This document shows, piece by piece, positions 1 to 11,829 of a stretch of 64,000 bases of DNA. Each line of letters begins with the position of its first letter. Positions within the stretch are counted from its first letter, which is position 1. Made by a program: the position numbers and the translations under genes. Under the pieces are notes generated by a model, which saw only the letters and a program-made list of their open reading frames with translations, was not told where the DNA came from and did not search any database. The stretch is taken from contig CAKNRV010000002.1 in the NCBI GenBank assembly GCA_930991035.1, forward strand, positions 19,134 through 83,133, given 5' to 3'. Source of the DNA: an uncultured Clostridium sp. (lineage in GTDB: Bacteria > Bacillota > Clostridia > TANB77 > CAG-508).

Positions 1-936
1 TGTAAGTAAATCTGTAACTAATCTTGCCATACGTCTTGCTTCAGAAGATATTACAGACAAGAACTTCACTCTAGTATCTTCGTCATATTCCCCTTCTAGC
101 AAAGTGTCTGAGTATCCCATTATTGATGTTATTGGAGTCTTTAACTCGTGAGACACATCTGCTACAAATTCTTTTCTCATATTATCTAGTCTAACGTGCT
201 CTGTAATATCTTGGATTACTGCTATTACTCCTGCTGGTCTGTCATTTTCGTCTTGGAATGGAGCAAATAGAATGTTTACAAATTTATCCCCTACGTTCTT
301 TCTTTGTTCCGAAGATGTCCAGTTTTCTAGATAAATTATTTTTTCAATATTTATATCTATATCTAGTTTTTTGAATATTTTTTCAAATGTATTGTCTTTA
401 TCATTTAGTCCTAGTAATTCTTTCGCTGCTGGATTTATATGTATAACTTTTCCATCCATATCAAATGCTATAATTCCATCTGTCATATGTAAAAGGATAG
501 TTTCAATCTGTCTTTTTTGTCTATTAACTTCACTTAGTTTTTGGTTTAATTCATTTGTCATAATTCCAAAAGCATTTTCCAAATCTGCTACTTCACCTGT
601 ATTTTGTGATGTTTCTTTTACATTTACATTTTCACCAGAAGCAATTTTTTCTGCACTTTTTATTAATCTTTTCATTGGCGAAACTACTGCTTTTAAAACA
701 AAAAATCCTATAAGTATCGAAATCACAGTATATACAGATATAGCAATTATTATTATTAATTTAGTTTGTGATAATTGATTTCTTACACTTTCTACAAGTA
801 CAAAATTTTCTTGTGTTGTACCTAATTCTTCTATTTGGTTAAGCATCAGTATACAACTTGCTCCAATTCCTAGAATTAGTACTATTCCTAGTATAAAAAA
901 TATTATTACAATTTTTAAATTTATATTAGTCTTCAT
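1..936 (-). CDS. walK: Sensor histidine kinase, WalK/YycG-like (partial; C-terminal part lies beyond window start)
   Basis: Absent from the ORF track because it runs off the window edge. My minus-strand translation from the ATG at 934-936 gives MKTNINLKIVIIFFILGIVLILG... with TM helices, a HAMP/PAS-like region and the H-box VADVSHELKTPITSIMGYSDTLLEGE. It lies immediately downstream of the WalR-like response regulator. Confidence 0.7.
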   Translation of the reverse strand, partial: MKTNINLKIVIIFFILGIVLILGIGASCILMLNQIEELGTTQENFVLVESVRNQLSQTKLIIIIAISVYTVISILIGFFVLKAVVSPMKRLIKSAEKIASGENVNVKETSQNTGEVADLENAFGIMTNELNQKLSEVNRQKRQIETILLHMTDGIIAFDMDGKVIHINPAAKELLGLNDKDNTFEKIFKKLDIDINIEKIIYLENWTSSEQRKNVGDKFVNILFAPFQDENDRPAGVIAVIQDITEHVRLDNMRKEFVADVSHELKTPITSIMGYSDTLLEGEYDEDTRVKFLSVISSEARRMARLVTDLLT

Positions 937-944
937 AATTTAAT

Positions 945-968
945 TAATGGTTAGCAACTAATATTGCT
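945..968. promoter_or_regulatory. Perfect 9-bp stem hairpin (GGTTAGCAA-CTAATA-TTGCTAACC) in the walR-walK intergenic spacer
   Basis: Inverted repeat read directly from the sequence between the response-regulator stop (987) and the kinase start (936). Confidence 0.3.
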
Positions 969-986
969 AACCATTTCTCCTTTTCA

Positions 987-1736
987 TTATTTTTCTTTTG
1001 AAGAGAGATAATATCCTACTCCTCTTTTGGTAATTAATATTTTAGGGCTTGAAGTATCTATTTCTATTTTTTCTCTAATTCTTCTTATAGTTACATCTAC
1101 TGTTCTTATATCTCCATAATATTCATATCCCCAAACTTTTTCTAGCAAAGCTTCTCTTGTTACAACTTGTCCTGGCTGATTAGCTAAATATCTTAATACT
1201 TCAAATTCTCTTAAAGTTAATTCTATTGGTTTGTTTCTAACTCTTACTTCAAATTTGTCTAAATTAATATATAAATCTCCTATAATTATTGTATTTTCTT
1301 TCTTTTCAGGTTCTTGAGTACCTTCACTTTTTATAATTTGATTATTATTTTCTCCTTTTCTTAAATTTGCTTTTACTCTAGCAGCCACTTCTCTTACACT
1401 AAAAGGCTTAGTAATGTAATCGTCAGCTCCGATTTCTAAACCTACAATCTTATCTATTTCCTCAGACTTAGCAGAAATCATAATAATTGGTATATTAAAT
1501 GAATTTTTTATTTTCTTACATACTGTTAAGCCGTCAACTTTTGGAAGCATAACATCTAATAATATTAAATCTGGCTTTTTTTCAAAAGCTAGTCGTATTG
1601 CTTCTTCGCCATCATTTGCTTGTAAAAATTCATATCCATCTCTTTCTAAGTTATATATTAATATATCTATTATCGGTTGTTCGTCGTCTACTATTAATAT
1701 TGTTTTTTTTGCTTCTTCATTTTTATTTTCTTCCAC
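987..1736 (-). CDS. walR: OmpR-family response regulator, WalR/YycF-like
   Basis: 249-aa ORF with a receiver domain (ILIVDDE...DLILLDVMLP) and a winged-helix output domain. The string GLEIGADDYITKPFSVREVAARVKANLR and the C-terminal TREALLEKVWGYEYYGDIRTVDVTIRRIREKIE closely match WalR/YycF as I remember them. Confidence 0.8.
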   Translation of the reverse strand: MEENKNEEAKKTILIVDDEQPIIDILIYNLERDGYEFLQANDGEEAIRLAFEKKPDLILLDVMLPKVDGLTVCKKIKNSFNIPIIMISAKSEEIDKIVGLEIGADDYITKPFSVREVAARVKANLRKGENNNQIIKSEGTQEPEKKENTIIIGDLYINLDKFEVRVRNKPIELTLREFEVLRYLANQPGQVVTREALLEKVWGYEYYGDIRTVDVTIRRIREKIEIDTSSPKILITKRGVGYYLSSKEK

Positions 1737-1982
1737 AAAAAATTCACCTTTCTTTTTGTTATTTGCTTATATTTATATCACATAAATTTCAATTTTACAA
1801 GTGGTATGAAGAAAAACTTATGAAGCCTTCCTGAAAAATCATTTATCAAAATTAAATAATTGTGTTATTATTTAGGTACAAAATAAATGTGTCTGTTACC
1901 GATGGACATTTTGTAGATTGTATGTGTATCCGGAAGTACACATACTTTTTTATTATTTTTTCTTTGATTTGTTTTATCAATA

Positions 1983-2008
1983 GGAAAAAAAGAGAACCCG
2001 AAGGTTCT
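1983..2008 (-). terminator. Rho-independent terminator after the 175-aa membrane protein gene
   Basis: GAGAACC-cgaa-GGTTCTC hairpin followed on the minus strand by a T7 run. Confidence 0.55.
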
Positions 2009-2029
2009 CTCCAGATAACTGCAATGCAA

Positions 2030-2557
2030 TTATCTTTTTGCTGATACTCTGACACTCCGTTTTGTTCTTCTTGTAGTTCTCGATTTTTCGCCATCGAAAA
2101 TTATTTTCGTCATCCCTTTCAGGATGAACTTCCAAGTAGCTGGAAGTTTAAAAACAGCTACAACGGCAAGAACTAAAATCAATGCCTTGACTAAGAAGTT
2201 CTGGGTGCTGAACGATCTAATGACATAGTCATTAGAATTATAGAGAGCCTGGCGCTCTTCATTCAGCTGTTCCTGGTCTTCAGTCATTGTGTCAGTCTTT
2301 CTTGTTTGTTCGTTGTAGAACTGAGTTTGACAATTAATGTCAATCAGTTCAATACTTGTGTCGATGATCTTCCAGCTGCTCTCCAGAACAACGAATGTTC
2401 CGAATATCAGCATCAGAAAGGTCATAGTAATGACAACGAGTTTGCTTATCCGTCTTGTGTTTCGTTTTCTTCTGACAATGGTGTAATGGGTGTTGTTGTA
2501 AGTTGCTTGGTTGTTAACATTGATGTTTCTGCTGTTGGTTCTGATGGTGTTCTTCAT
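2030..2557 (-). CDS. Hypothetical small membrane protein (basic N-terminus, two hydrophobic segments) in a GC-richer patch
   Basis: 175-aa ORF. Local GC is visibly higher (~40%) than the surrounding ~28%. It has its own downstream terminator. I do not recognise a family. Confidence 0.45.
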   Translation of the reverse strand: MKNTIRTNSRNINVNNQATYNNTHYTIVRRKRNTRRISKLVVITMTFLMLIFGTFVVLESSWKIIDTSIELIDINCQTQFYNEQTRKTDTMTEDQEQLNEERQALYNSNDYVIRSFSTQNFLVKALILVLAVVAVFKLPATWKFILKGMTKIIFDGEKSRTTRRTKRSVRVSAKR

Positions 2558-2645
2558 AAATATTTCCCTTTCTCTTTAAAAAGATTTGTAAATACATTAT
2601 AGCACATTTTACATAATGTTGCAAATTTGTAAATCGTAACAGCTT

Positions 2646-5600
2646 TTATTTTATTTCCACATTAAATACTCCTCCATTTTCTTGCAAGATTATTTCTCCA
2701 TTTTCCATTTCTTTTCCATCCACATATACCTTTTTATTTTTGACATCCTTTTGCTTATTATTAAATACTTTTATATTATATATACTATTTCCATATCTAT
2801 ATTGAATGCTATATTCATTCCAATTATCTGGAATACTTGGCTCTATTTTTAGTATATTTCCTTGCTTGTTTAGTCCTAAAATATATCTTATTCCTGCTTC
2901 GTACATCCAGCTACTTGAACCTGTGTACCAAGTCCAACCACCACGTCCAGCTAATTCTCCGCCATAAATATCTGCTGCCATAACATAAGGTTCTACTTTA
3001 TATTTTTTAGCTTCGTCCTTTGTCCTTGAATGTTCTATTGGGTTTATCATTCTAAAATATTCTGCCCCTTTATCTCCAAATCCAAGCATTGCCTCTGCTA
3101 TTACTGCCCAAATTGCTCCGGTGCGTATACTGGCCTCCGTTCTCTCTTGTTCCTGGAATATATGCTTTAATATATCCTGGTTCTAGTTTGCTCTTTTCAA
3201 ATGGTGGGTCTAGTAATTTTATAATTCCTGCTTCTTTATCTACCAAATGATTTTCTAAACTGTTCATAGAAATATATTTTTTGTCGTTATCCCCTGCGCC
3301 AGATATGGTTGCCCAGCTTTGCGCTATGCTATCTATTCTACATTCTTCGTTTTGTATACTTCCGAAGCATATTTCCGTCATCCATAAATGCTCTTCTGTA
3401 CCATCTTCCATCCCAAGCATTTGTGTTTAATGCTTTCTTTAATTGTTCCATTATTTTTCTATATCTGCTTGCTCGTCTTTCTTCACTTTGTTTTGTTATT
3501 AAATCTAATCTTTCTGCATAATGCTCACAAATTTTGCTAAACTCGTCTAACACCTTGTATTGGAAAAATCCTAGCCATACGCTTTCTCCTTTGCCTTTAT
3601 TTCCCACTGTGCTAAATCCGTCATTCCAGTCTCCTGAACCTATCTTAGGTAATCCATTTTCGCCAAAGTTTAAAGATTTTTCTATTGCTCTAATGCAATG
3701 CTTGTATATGCTTTCTTTTTCTTCTGATGGAGGATATAAATCATACCTTTCGTCTATGCCTTCCTCTAAAGCTGCTCCTTTTACATATTCTGTTTCTTCG
3801 TCTAAAATGCTCCAATCTCCAGTAAATTTAATATATTCCGCCACCATATATGGAAGCCATAATAAGTCGTCCGAAAATCTGGTACGAATTCCTCTTCCAG
3901 TTTCCTCGTGCCACCAATGTTCTACGTCTCCCTCTATAAATTGGTGTTTACTATGCTTTATAATTTGATTTTTCAAAAATTCTGGAGATACATATTTTAG
4001 TCCAATACAATCTTGTAGTTGGTCTCTAAATCCATAAGCACCACCGGATTGATAATATCCGCTTCTTGCAAACATTCTTGAACAAAGTGTTTGATACAAA
4101 ATCCATCCATTAAGAAGTATATTCATAGATTCCACTGGAGTTTCTACTTTTATATTGCCCAATAATTTTTTCCAATATCTTTTTGTGTTCTCGTATTCGC
4201 TTACTGCATTATTTACATTTGCATATTTATATGCCGTGTCTTGCAAGTTTAATGAGTTTTCGTCTACTCCTAATGTAATTACTATATCTTTTCTTTCAAA
4301 TGCCTCTAGATTGATTTTAAACTCAATTGCTACCACTTCTTCTTTTCCTAAAGTATTTTCTCTGTCTAATTCTAATTTTCTAATTCCTTCTGGATTTTTT
4401 ATAGTGCCTTTTCCTATAAATGACTTTTTACTACCCGTATATGAAGTTATTTTTTCGCTACAAGCAATATATGCAATTGTTCTATTTTGCACAGGTTTTG
4501 TTTGGTTCCAAAGAGTTATCACATTGGTACTACTATCATACTTTAATTCTATATATCCATTTGATTTTATTTCGTCTTCGTCCAAAACTGGTTTTATATA
4601 ATACACTATTTTTATATTTTTCTTCTTTGCCATTTTATTTTCCAAATGCAATATTTGAACTTTGCAACTTTCCTTTTCTGGTACAAAAACCTTTAATTCT
4701 TGATATATTCCACCACTTGTGTGCGTGTATTTGCTATATCCAAATCCATATGCCACATAATAGTCATTGTCGTCAGGTGTAGGGTTTACAGAAACAGACC
4801 ATACTTTTTTCGTGTCTATATCTTCCATATACAATACCTCTGAAGGTACATCTGTTACCTGATTATTGTTCCAAGCAGTTATTCTATTTAGTCTGCTATT
4901 TTTGTACCAAGTATATCCTCCAAGTCCTTCTGTTACAACTGTTCCAAAATTTTCATTTGCCATAATATTAGACCATACAGTTGGGAGTTTTTCATCTTTG
5001 TTTACACGTATCAAATACTCAGTTCCATCTGCTGAAAATCCACCATATTCATTATAGTATTTTAGTTTATCTGCATCTAGTGCTTTTCTTTCTACTTCTT
5101 CTTCATAAAATTGCGGAATGTCTACTTCGTTTCCAATATCTTTTATACCATCTAAATACTCTTCCTCATAATCTTTTATTTGTCTTGCCACATTTCCCAA
5201 ATGAGCATTTATTAAGAGATTTGCTCTATATTCTAATATTCTTTTTGAATTTTTGTCTAAATTGTTTAGAACAAATATTCCTCCTTTTATATTTTGCATA
5301 TATGCCAAATTGCTATCTAATATTGCATTTATTACTTCTTCTTGCACATAATTTTCGTACGTCTTTTTTTCTTCATTTAAAATAACCAAATCTATTTTTA
5401 CATTTTTTACTCTTAAATATTCGTACGCTTTTATGCAATCTTTTACAACATAAATATCGCTAGAATCTTTTATTTTTACAAGAAGTATTGGTAAATCTCC
5501 AGAAATTCCGTACTTCCAAAGCTCAGATACATATGCTTCTTCTGGTATTTTTCCTTTATACATTAATAGTTTAAGTGGATTATTAAATATTAAATATTTA

Positions 5601-8600
5601 GCTATATTTTGGTATTTTTCTATGTCTTTGCCTCTAACACCCAAATACATAGATTCCGCTTCTACCTTAGCTTTAGCCAAATTTGTATTTCTTACAATCT
5701 TTTCGTTATTCATATTTTCTTTTACTAAATTAACTGCTTCTTCTTTATCTTCCGAAACTGCTATGATTAAGTTAAGCACCGCTTTTTCGCTAGGTAATAT
5801 ACTTATTGTTCTTCTTAAAGCAATTATTGGGTCTGTTGTTCTTTGAACTCTTCTTGCAAGGGGAGTCGAATTTTCTACTGCTCTTGGGAGCTCAACATTT
5901 TGTCTTCCCACAAATTTTTCTTTGTCTAATTCAAATTCTAAATCTCCAATTGTTTCGTTTTCTGTGTATAAATTGACTGCTAGATATACATCTTTGTTTT
6001 TGCTGTCTCTTGATTTTCTTTTTGCTACAATTGTATTTGTATCTTCCAAAAATTCAAATGATAAAAACAAATTGTTAAAAGCTTTATGCGAATAATCTTG
6101 CTCTAATGAAGATAGTATAGGCTCAAGATAGCTATTTACTTCTATTGTTTCTTCTGAATTTCCTAAATTTTTAAGTTCAATTCTTCTAATTTCAACCGGA
6201 CTGTTTGGTATAATGCACACTTTAGTTGTAGTTTCTATTCCTCCGTCTTGTCGTACAAACTTGCTACAATCTGGTGAAAAACATACTGTATATTTATCTG
6301 CTAAGGCTAAATAATTTTTCTGTCCAGAAGACCAAATACGTTTTGTTTTTATATTTTTAAAGAAGAAGAAAATTCCTTGTTCTTCGTCATCAGTTTGCTT
6401 AAACCTGTTTATTACAATATCTTTATACTTGCTGTATCCATTACCTTTTTGGTCTATTATTACAGAATAATCTTCATTTGAAATAATGTTTATATTGTTC
6501 AATTTATCATAAAGTTTGTTATATTCCCTTACAGCATAAGTTTCATAATCAATTGTTTTTACTTTTTCTACTTTTTCCTTTTGCTCTTTAGTAATAATCA
6601 CATTTTCTGGCATTCTTTCCTCAAGCAAAATATTTACCGATTGCATTTCTGGGTTTGCTATAAATCTTTGTTGCAAAATATTTTTATTAAACAAATTATT
6701 TATAGAAAGAAGTATCAATCCTTGATGGTGTGCCATATATGTTTTTACTACTGCACTTATTTCTCCTTTTTTTAATCTGCTTAAAGTATAGTCTATGGAT
6801 TCATAAAATCCATATCTGTTATACATTCCCTGTTTTTCTAGTTCTTTTAAATTTTGTATTGTCTCGTTTGGGCAATCATTAATAGCCAAAATTGTTCCAT
6901 AAGAAGAAACTACCATTTCGTCTGCAAGTCCTCTTTTTAGACCAAGCCACGGAATACCAAATGCCTTGTATTGATAATTATTATTTAAGTCTCTTAAATT
7001 AAAAGCTGCTTCTGAAATTCCCCAAGGAATGTTTAGTTTTTTTGCGTATTCTTGCTGTGACATAATTGCAAATAGGCTGGATTCGCTAATAAGGCTACCT
7101 GGATATTTTGGTATATTTACATTTGGCATAAGATACTCAAATGCAGTACCTGACCACGAAATTAATCCTTTGTATTTGTTTAAAACGGTAAGGGTTCTGC
7201 TTAAATTATACCAATGCTTTGCAGGCACATCCTTTTTTGCAATAGCAATCAAACTTGCCTGCCTTGCCTCTGATGCAAGTAAGTCGTAATATGACGGAGT
7301 TAATGCATTATCTTCAACATTAAATCCAATTGAAAATATTCTGTTTTCTTCACTGTACAGGTATTTGAAGTCTGTGTTTTCTATTATGTCGTCTATTATG
7401 CTTAGCATTTGACTAATTTGTTCTATTCTTAAATTATCCTCTAAAAACTGCTTTACAGTATACAAATACCCTATAAAGTTGCCACTATCTACTGTTGATA
7501 CATACTTTGGTGAAAGTGGCTCTAATGTTTTTATATCATACCAATTATATAAATGCCCCTGCCATTTTTGAAGCTTTGCTATTGAATTAATCATTTTGCT
7601 TAATAAATCTATTGTGTCTTCTAAATTTTCATACTTCAAATCATAGCTTGAAACAACCGCCAAAAGTGCAAGTCCAATATTTGTTGGCGAAGTTCTAAAA
7701 ATAACTTGCTCCAATCTATCTTCTTGATAATTATCTGGCGGAAGGAAGTTAGATTCCTCTGTCAAATTTTCTTTAAAATAGTTCCAAGTTCTTTGTCCTA
7801 CTTCTAGCAAATAATCTTTATCTTCTGAACTTAAATATTCGATTGCATCTATACGCTTTTCCTTTTTGCTTATCCAAGTCATTACGCCAGGAGTAACTAT
7901 CCATAAAATCGCCAAGACCAAATTTAATGGACTTGTATATGAAGATATTAGTATCAATATTCCCAAAACCAAATTTGGCCACATATTTTTGTAGTATGAA
8001 ATAACATCAGTTTTAGAATTTTTCTCCGCTTCTTCTGCTGTTGTCCATTCTAACAAATGCTTTTTGCTTACACACATTCTGTAAATTGTTTTGCAAATTG
8101 CCTTTAGCATTGTATATGCTTTGTCTGGCAAACAGCCTAGCTCTAGCACAGCTCTAGTTACACTTGCTTTAATTCCAGAAATAGATTTATAAAAAGTCTT
8201 TTGTCCATTTTCTCCATCTTTTTTGTATATTATTTTATTTGCTATTTCAATTATTGAAGCAATTGTTATAGAAACAATGGTTACTGTCATAAGTGGCCAA
8301 ATTCTTATATTTGCAAATAAATCTAATACAAGCAAAAAAAGTATTGAAAGAATAGCAGCTATTTCAAATATACTTTTTACCAAATTATATAATATTTTGT
8401 ATTTTGACACAAGTCCTAATGGATTTTTGTATTCTTTTCCTTCTCTATCTTTCAATTTGCTTTTTAGCCATCTTGATATTTGCCAGTCTCCTCTAGTCCA
8501 TCTGCTAAGCCTTGTTTTAAAAGCTGCATACGATGTTGGGTATCCATCCATAAGCATTATATCTGAGGCTAACCCACACTTTAAATATGAGCCCTCCAAT

Positions 8601-10861
8601 AAATCGTGACTAAGAACAGTATTTTCTGGTATTTCGTTTTTTAAGACTTGTGAAAAAACTTCTAAATTGTATATTCCTTTACCTGTGTATATCCCCTCTT
8701 CAAAATTATCTTGATATATATCAGAAATAGCATTTGTGTACGAATCTGTTCCTGCCGAGCCTGAATATATTTTTGTAAATTTCGACTTTGCTGCATCTTC
8801 TAACCCAATTCCTATACGGGGTTGAATAATTCCATATCCACCAGTTACAATACCATTTTCTATTTCTGGTTTATTTAAAATATGTGACATTGAACCAATT
8901 AACTCCAGTCCTGTATTTAATACAAGCTGTGTATCTGCATCCAAGGTTATAACATATTTGATTTCTGGTAACTTATCTAAATCTATTGTATTTGCATAAA
9001 AAATGTCTTTTAAATTTGTTGATTTTAACTCTTCTTGATTAGCACTTTCGTTAAATTTTCTTTTATTATTTTGCAAAATATATTCATTAAACTGAGTTAA
9101 AAGCCCTCTTTTTCTCTCCCATCCCAAATAGCTTTCTTCTTTATCATTCCACTCTCTTTTTCTGTATAAAAAATGGAATTTAGGAAATGTACTATCTGGA
9201 TACTTTTGATTCAATTTTTTTGCTAATTCTATACCTTTTGCAACAACATCTTCGTCAAAATCTTCTTGGGCTTTTGTACTGCTTGTTACATCACCCAAAA
9301 GAGCAAAATACATATTGTCGCTTTTGTTTGCAATGTAATACACTTCCAATTTTTTCATCATTTCTTCTACTTTTTCTTCGTTAGCAATAATAGTTGGAAT
9401 AACAACAAAAGTTGCATCTTCTTCAGGAACTCCATTTTGCAAATCCATTTTAGGTATCAACCTAGGCTTAATAACCTTGCTTAGAATATATTGAACAACT
9501 TGTATAAAAATAATTTCAACTGGTAAATACATAAGAATAACTGATAATACAAATAATATTACACTTTTGGTTTGTGAATACACATATGCTCCAAGTAAAG
9601 CAGAAATAGCAAGGCTTACAACCACTTTTATTGCTATATATAACGACATTTTTTGATTATTTGATAAATAATTGGTCTTTTTGTTTTGCAATATTTCCAT
9701 TAGCTCTTTGTAGCCATTATCAATCAAATAATATCCAATATGAGCCTTTTTTCCACTCCTTGACTCGGCAAGTTCTAAGCATTTTTTAGCAATATATATT
9801 TCAGAAATCTTGGTCTTTTTAGAAATTTGTTGAATTTTATTTCTGTAATATATTTTTGTTTTATAATCCATTTTGTCATACACCTGCGCTGGGTCTTGCT
9901 TTAAAATATCGTCAACTTGGTTAATACTCTCAAAAATATCTATAAAATTAATTCTTTGTATATTTTTTATGCTAGTTATAGAATTGCCTATGGACACCTT
10001 TTTAACAGCAATATCAAAATGTTCCTTTTTTATCACTTCAGAAATATCAATCCCCATTTTGTTTACTTGCTCTTCCAAAATGTTTAAAAACGGGTATGCC
10101 TTTTTACCAAATTGCCTTAATTTGTATGACATATACTCTATAAAAGGATATTTCATTTCTCCATATTCTTTTACCTTGCTCTTGTACTCATTGATTTTGT
10201 TAAATTGTAGCTCATCTTTTGACTTGTTCTCAACTAACCTTTCAATTATATTTTCTACTTTGTATTTTTGAATTTGTACAGAATATATTTTCTCACACAA
10301 ATTGCGAATATTTTCTATAATCGCAATTTGAAGAAAAATACCTATGTTCCATATTTCCTCCATATTTAGCTTCTTTTTTTCTTGATATGCCTTTAATAAA
10401 TCTGTTAAAAGCTTGCCATCTATTTTACTATCTGTATATGACACAATCTCTGTTGCAAGTACATAAATCCTAGCAAAACCGTAATTTGTACCATTTGCTA
10501 TACCTAAAAAGTTCTTATATTTCTTTAAAGTTAGTTCTTTTTCTATATTTTTTACAGTCTCTTCTATTACATAATAATTATCTAAAAGCCACTCTCCTGC
10601 TGGGTGAATTGGTATTTTTAGCTTAATATGCTCATTTAACAAATTATATACCTCTGTTATAACCTCAAAATTATCAAGCATTCTCGGAATTGGATAAGTA
10701 GCTCTATCCGATTTTTCTTTTAAGGTCTGGTCAGAAGCAAGTTTTTCCAAATATCTTTCCAATTGATAAATATCTAATACCGCACCTTTGGTGGTTAAAA
10801 CTCTATAATTTTTCAAAAAAATACACTCCCTGTTTTTATGCTTTTTACATATTTTCTCCAA
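2646..10861 (-). pseudogene. Cyclic beta-1,2-glucan synthase-like giant glycosyltransferase/phosphorylase (GT84 + GH94, NdvB/ChvB/Cgs-like), disrupted by two frameshifts
   Basis: A 2507-aa ORF (3338..10861) carries multiple TM helices, a GT domain and a GH94-like region. The GH94 C-terminus continues in two other frames: 3070..3420 (…NEECRIDSIAQSWATISGAGD…GGQYTH) and 2646..3089 (…AIWAVIAEAMLGFGDKG…GGELAGRGGWTWYTGSSSWMY). The shifts sit at about 3365-3378 and 3116-3124 and go in the same direction, so they do not compensate each other. Confidence 0.7.
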
Positions 10862-11387
10862 GGAATGTATTTTTATTCAATTTTTGAAATTGAATTTTTA
10901 AGGTACTTACAGACAGAAAGCCTGAAAAATATTTTAAAAATTTAACGCATTTATTTTGTTATTAGTATATTTTTATTTTATACTTTTGTTCTTTTTTGCA
11001 ATATTTTATCTATACCTGAAGAACTTTCAAAAACATCTAACTATCCAATAAAAAAATGTCATAACTATGGAATGTACTTTATTCCAACTTCAAAAGTAGA
11101 TAAAATTTATTGTGATTATCCAAAAGAAAAATAAAAATCTTATAGAGATTTAGGTGCTTTCCAACTTTATACAGAAAGATTAAAACAAAATAAATCTATT
11201 GTAAAATACAAGAGAATATATTAACAAAATTTATATAACCCCCAAAAAAAACAAGGACAACAAGGAAATTTCTAAAACTTTGAAAATTGAAAAAACAGGC
11301 TAAAGAAAAAATTAACCAAATAAAAAAAGACTAACTTACTGAAAATGAGGTTTATGAGTGGATTATGGAAAATAAATAAGTATTAAA

Positions 11388-11418
11388 GGATTTTGAAAAT
11401 AACTCTCAAAATCCTTAT
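11388..11418 (-). terminator. Putative terminator hairpin downstream of the 112-aa membrane protein gene
   Basis: AAGGATTTTGA-N9-TCAAAATCCTT 11-bp stem with T-rich flanks. Confidence 0.35.
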
Positions 11419-11482
11419 AATATATATTTTTTAAGCTTATTCATATATAATTTTATTAATTACAATGTATAATATTCCCCTT

Positions 11483-11821
11483 TTATATTACATTATATAT
11501 TATATAATTAATTACAAAATATAAAATCATTACAAACCCTATTATAATTAATACTGTAATAATTTTTCTTTTCTTACTACTCCTACTTTTCTTTAAATAA
11601 ATTACTATTCCAATTATCAAAATAAGTGGTATTACTGCTATTTTCAAAATATTTAATATATTTTTTAATATTATTGATTTTGATTCTAGTTCTGGCCCTG
11701 GCTCTGGTATACCATATAGCAGTGGTGTAAAATCAGCGATTGCGACTACTTTTGTTGGTATCGTTAATAAAAATGCTCCAATTCCGATTAAACCTTTTTT
11801 TATTCTTTCTACAATTTTCAT
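11483..11821 (-). CDS. Small polytopic membrane protein (3 predicted TM segments), immediately downstream of the radical SAM gene
   Basis: 112-aa ORF separated by 9 bp from the radical SAM ORF, so they are probably cotranscribed. No recognisable family. Confidence 0.45.
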   Translation of the reverse strand: MKIVERIKKGLIGIGAFLLTIPTKVVAIADFTPLLYGIPEPGPELESKSIILKNILNILKIAVIPLILIIGIVIYLKKSRSSKKRKIITVLIIIGFVMILYFVINYIIYNVI

Positions 11822-11829
11822 AATTTCTC

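Noticed and set aside
371-778. 135-aa plus-strand ORF
   Set aside because: It lies antisense inside the WalK-like histidine kinase gene that I translated on the minus strand. Its low-complexity hydrophobic composition is typical of antisense AT-rich ORFs.
3534-10271. Numerous 60-150-aa plus-strand ORFs (for example 3534..3968, 4155..4601, 8223..8609, 9873..10271)
   Set aside because: All are embedded antisense within the giant glucan-synthase-like gene. They are Phe/Leu/Ser-rich and have no motifs, so they are artefacts of AT-rich sequence.
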